A DNA stretch of 57,849 nucleotides, from the NCBI GenBank assembly GCA_038251535.1, contig JBBSBF010000004.1, positions 1-57,849 of the forward strand, given 5' to 3'. The translations under genes were made by a program, and so were the position numbers. Each line of letters opens with the position of its first letter. Positions within the stretch are counted from its first letter, which is position 1. Below the pieces are notes generated by a model, which saw only the letters and a program-made list of their open reading frames with translations, was not told the origin of the DNA and did not search any database. Origin of the DNA: Minisyncoccia bacterium (GTDB lineage Bacteria; Patescibacteriota; Minisyncoccia; Phycocordibacterales; UBA9973). Of this stretch, positions 56,430 to 57,849 are shown piece by piece.

Positions 56430-56972
56430 CTATTTCAAATTCATCAACTTCTTGAACACTTCGTACGTCGCATATGCATCAGCAAATGCACTGTGTGCTC
56501 GCTTATTTTCAATTCCAAACTTTTCAGAGAGTGCTCGTAGCGACAGTTTGCTCACATCATCGTTTGTCCGCAACATACCAAATGCAAGCGCAATGGTGTC
56601 GAGTTTGTGAAAGTGAAGTTTGTCTTCAACTCCATAGCGCTTTAAGTTGGTTTCGATAAATCCATAATCAAACGTCAGGTTATGTGCAACAAATATCGCA
56701 CCCGATGTTATCCGTGCAAACTGCTTCATAGCTTCCGCTATATCAACGGCAAAAACCCAGTCAGCCGCATCATACCCATTGACTCGAAGCGCGACTGCAT
56801 CTGCATTTTCAATATGTTGAGGGCTGATCTTTATATCCAATGTATCAGTGACCGTCAGTACGTCATCTTTCAACTTTGCTACTACTACCCCGAGCTCTAT
56901 GATCTCATGATCATCTCGATCGAGTCCGGTCGTTTCTATATCAACAAAGGCAAGTGGTTGCTGGAGTATCAT
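56430..56972 (-). CDS. DEDDh 3'-5' exonuclease (DnaQ-like)
   Basis: VDIETTGL, AHN..FD, HSA..DA. Confidence 0.92.
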   Translation of the reverse strand: MILQQPLAFVDIETTGLDRDDHEIIELGVVVAKLKDDVLTVTDTLDIKISPQHIENADAVALRVNGYDAADWVFAVDIAEAMKQFARITSGAIFVAHNLTFDYGFIETNLKRYGVEDKLHFHKLDTIALAFGMLRTNDDVSKLSLRALSEKFGIENKRAHSAFADAYATYEVFKKLMNLK

Positions 56973-57009
56973 GGGTTAGTTGTATGTTAAAAGTAACATG
57001 TTGTAAAGA

Positions 57010-57849
57010 TTAGCGTAAGTACTTTTTGATGTTCTGTTGATGTTCAGTATATGTTTTCGCATAGTGTATCTGTCCCGCACTGTCATGGAGATAAAATAAA
57101 TACGGAGAATCCTGTGGATTGATCGCAGCCTCGATCGAGGCAACGCCTGGGTTGCCGATAGGGGTTGGTGGGAGGCCTTTGTGGATATAGGTGTTGTACG
57201 GAGAGTTGAGTGCAAGATCTGCTTTAGTCAGGTCTTTGCTTTCTTTGCCTATGCTATAGAGAAATGGTGCATCTACCTGGAGCGCGAGCCCCGTGTCGAT
57301 TCTCTTCCACAAGATACCTGCGATGACTGCTCGATCATCATCGCCGTGCGCTTCTTTTTCAACGATAGATGCCATGATGATCAGCTCTTGTTTTGTTCGT
57401 GATGAACTTGCAATCGCAGTTTGCAGTGGAGCTATTTTTTGTTCAAAATTTTTCTTCAAGGTAACGACAATAACGTCAGGTGTTACGGAGGGGAAAAATC
57501 CATACGTATCTGGAAACAGATACCCTTCATCGGCTTTGGCAATCGTCAAAAACAACGTACTGTCAAATCCTTCAAATGTTTGCGCGAGTCGAGCCGCCAT
57601 CTGTTTGTTGGTAAATCCTTCGGGAAAGGTAACTTTTTTTCTATCTATCCCAAACTGCTTTCCCGATATCCGAAGTGCAATCCCGACGAGCGATACTGGT
57701 TTTTCAAAATAATACTCCCCCTGGCTAATCTTCTTTTCACTTCCGAGTGCAATCATAGCAATTTCAAACAGTCGTTCTGAACCAATGAGATGATCTCGTT
57801 TTAGTTCACTTGAAATAGAAAACAGTGTCTGTCCTGACTCTATGGTGAG
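57010..57849 (-). CDS. mltG: Endolytic transglycosylase MltG (partial, 5' end outside window)
   Basis: EGYLFPDTY, MASIVEKE, LQVDA, SPYNTY..GLPP.PI.NPG; frame stays open to 57849. Confidence 0.95.
   Translation of the reverse strand, partial: LTIESGQTLFSISSELKRDHLIGSERLFEIAMIALGSEKKISQGEYYFEKPVSLVGIALRISGKQFGIDRKKVTFPEGFTNKQMAARLAQTFEGFDSTLFLTIAKADEGYLFPDTYGFFPSVTPDVIVVTLKKNFEQKIAPLQTAIASSSRTKQELIIMASIVEKEAHGDDDRAVIAGILWKRIDTGLALQVDAPFLYSIGKESKDLTKADLALNSPYNTYIHKGLPPTPIGNPGVASIEAAINPQDSPYLFYLHDSAGQIHYAKTYTEHQQNIKKYLR

Noticed and set aside
1-57849. Alternative genetic code (TGA = Gly, as in Gracilibacteria/Absconditabacteria)
   Set aside because: Core genes translate full length in code 11 and dnaB ends at TGA.

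Overview
A 57.8-kb chromosomal segment of a reduced-genome bacterium. Gene content and protein forms (short AspRS and AlaRS, FtsA-like plus baseplate-J-like pair, PaaX/Cas2-like regulator) point to Patescibacteria/CPR, probably Parcubacteria; this taxonomy is inferred. It uses the standard code (TGA is a stop). The backbone is housekeeping: rplI, rpmA, murG-ftsW-mraY, scpAB, aspS, trpS, dnaB, recR, rplU, corA, cysS, lysS, grpE/dnaK/dnaJ, the infA-rpmJ-rpsM-rpsK-rpsD-rpoA-rplQ-rplM-rpsI cluster, alaS, mnmA and mltG. AT-rich accessory genes, many with their own promoter and terminator, are interspersed. The best candidate for an undescribed system is a tight operon at 29261-32775. It couples two animal-type small-molecule N-methyltransferases (GAMT-like and NNMT/PNMT-like) to a stand-alone multi-TM sensor, a small protein and a sensor-less histidine kinase, with a divergent SMR-type exporter; this suggests a make-export-sense circuit. 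Other notable items: a LexA-boxed mutagenesis operon with a catalytically dead UmuD-like subunit; a B12-type radical SAM enzyme with a CX8CX2C motif and a signal-peptide-like N-terminal extension; a RAYT transposase flanked by inverted hairpins; an unannotated 25-aa basic peptide; a transglutaminase-like/small protein/proteasome-beta-like trio; and pervasive leaderless-type promoters. No rRNA, tRNA or CRISPR array was seen. All family calls come from motif recognition by eye, without database searches.
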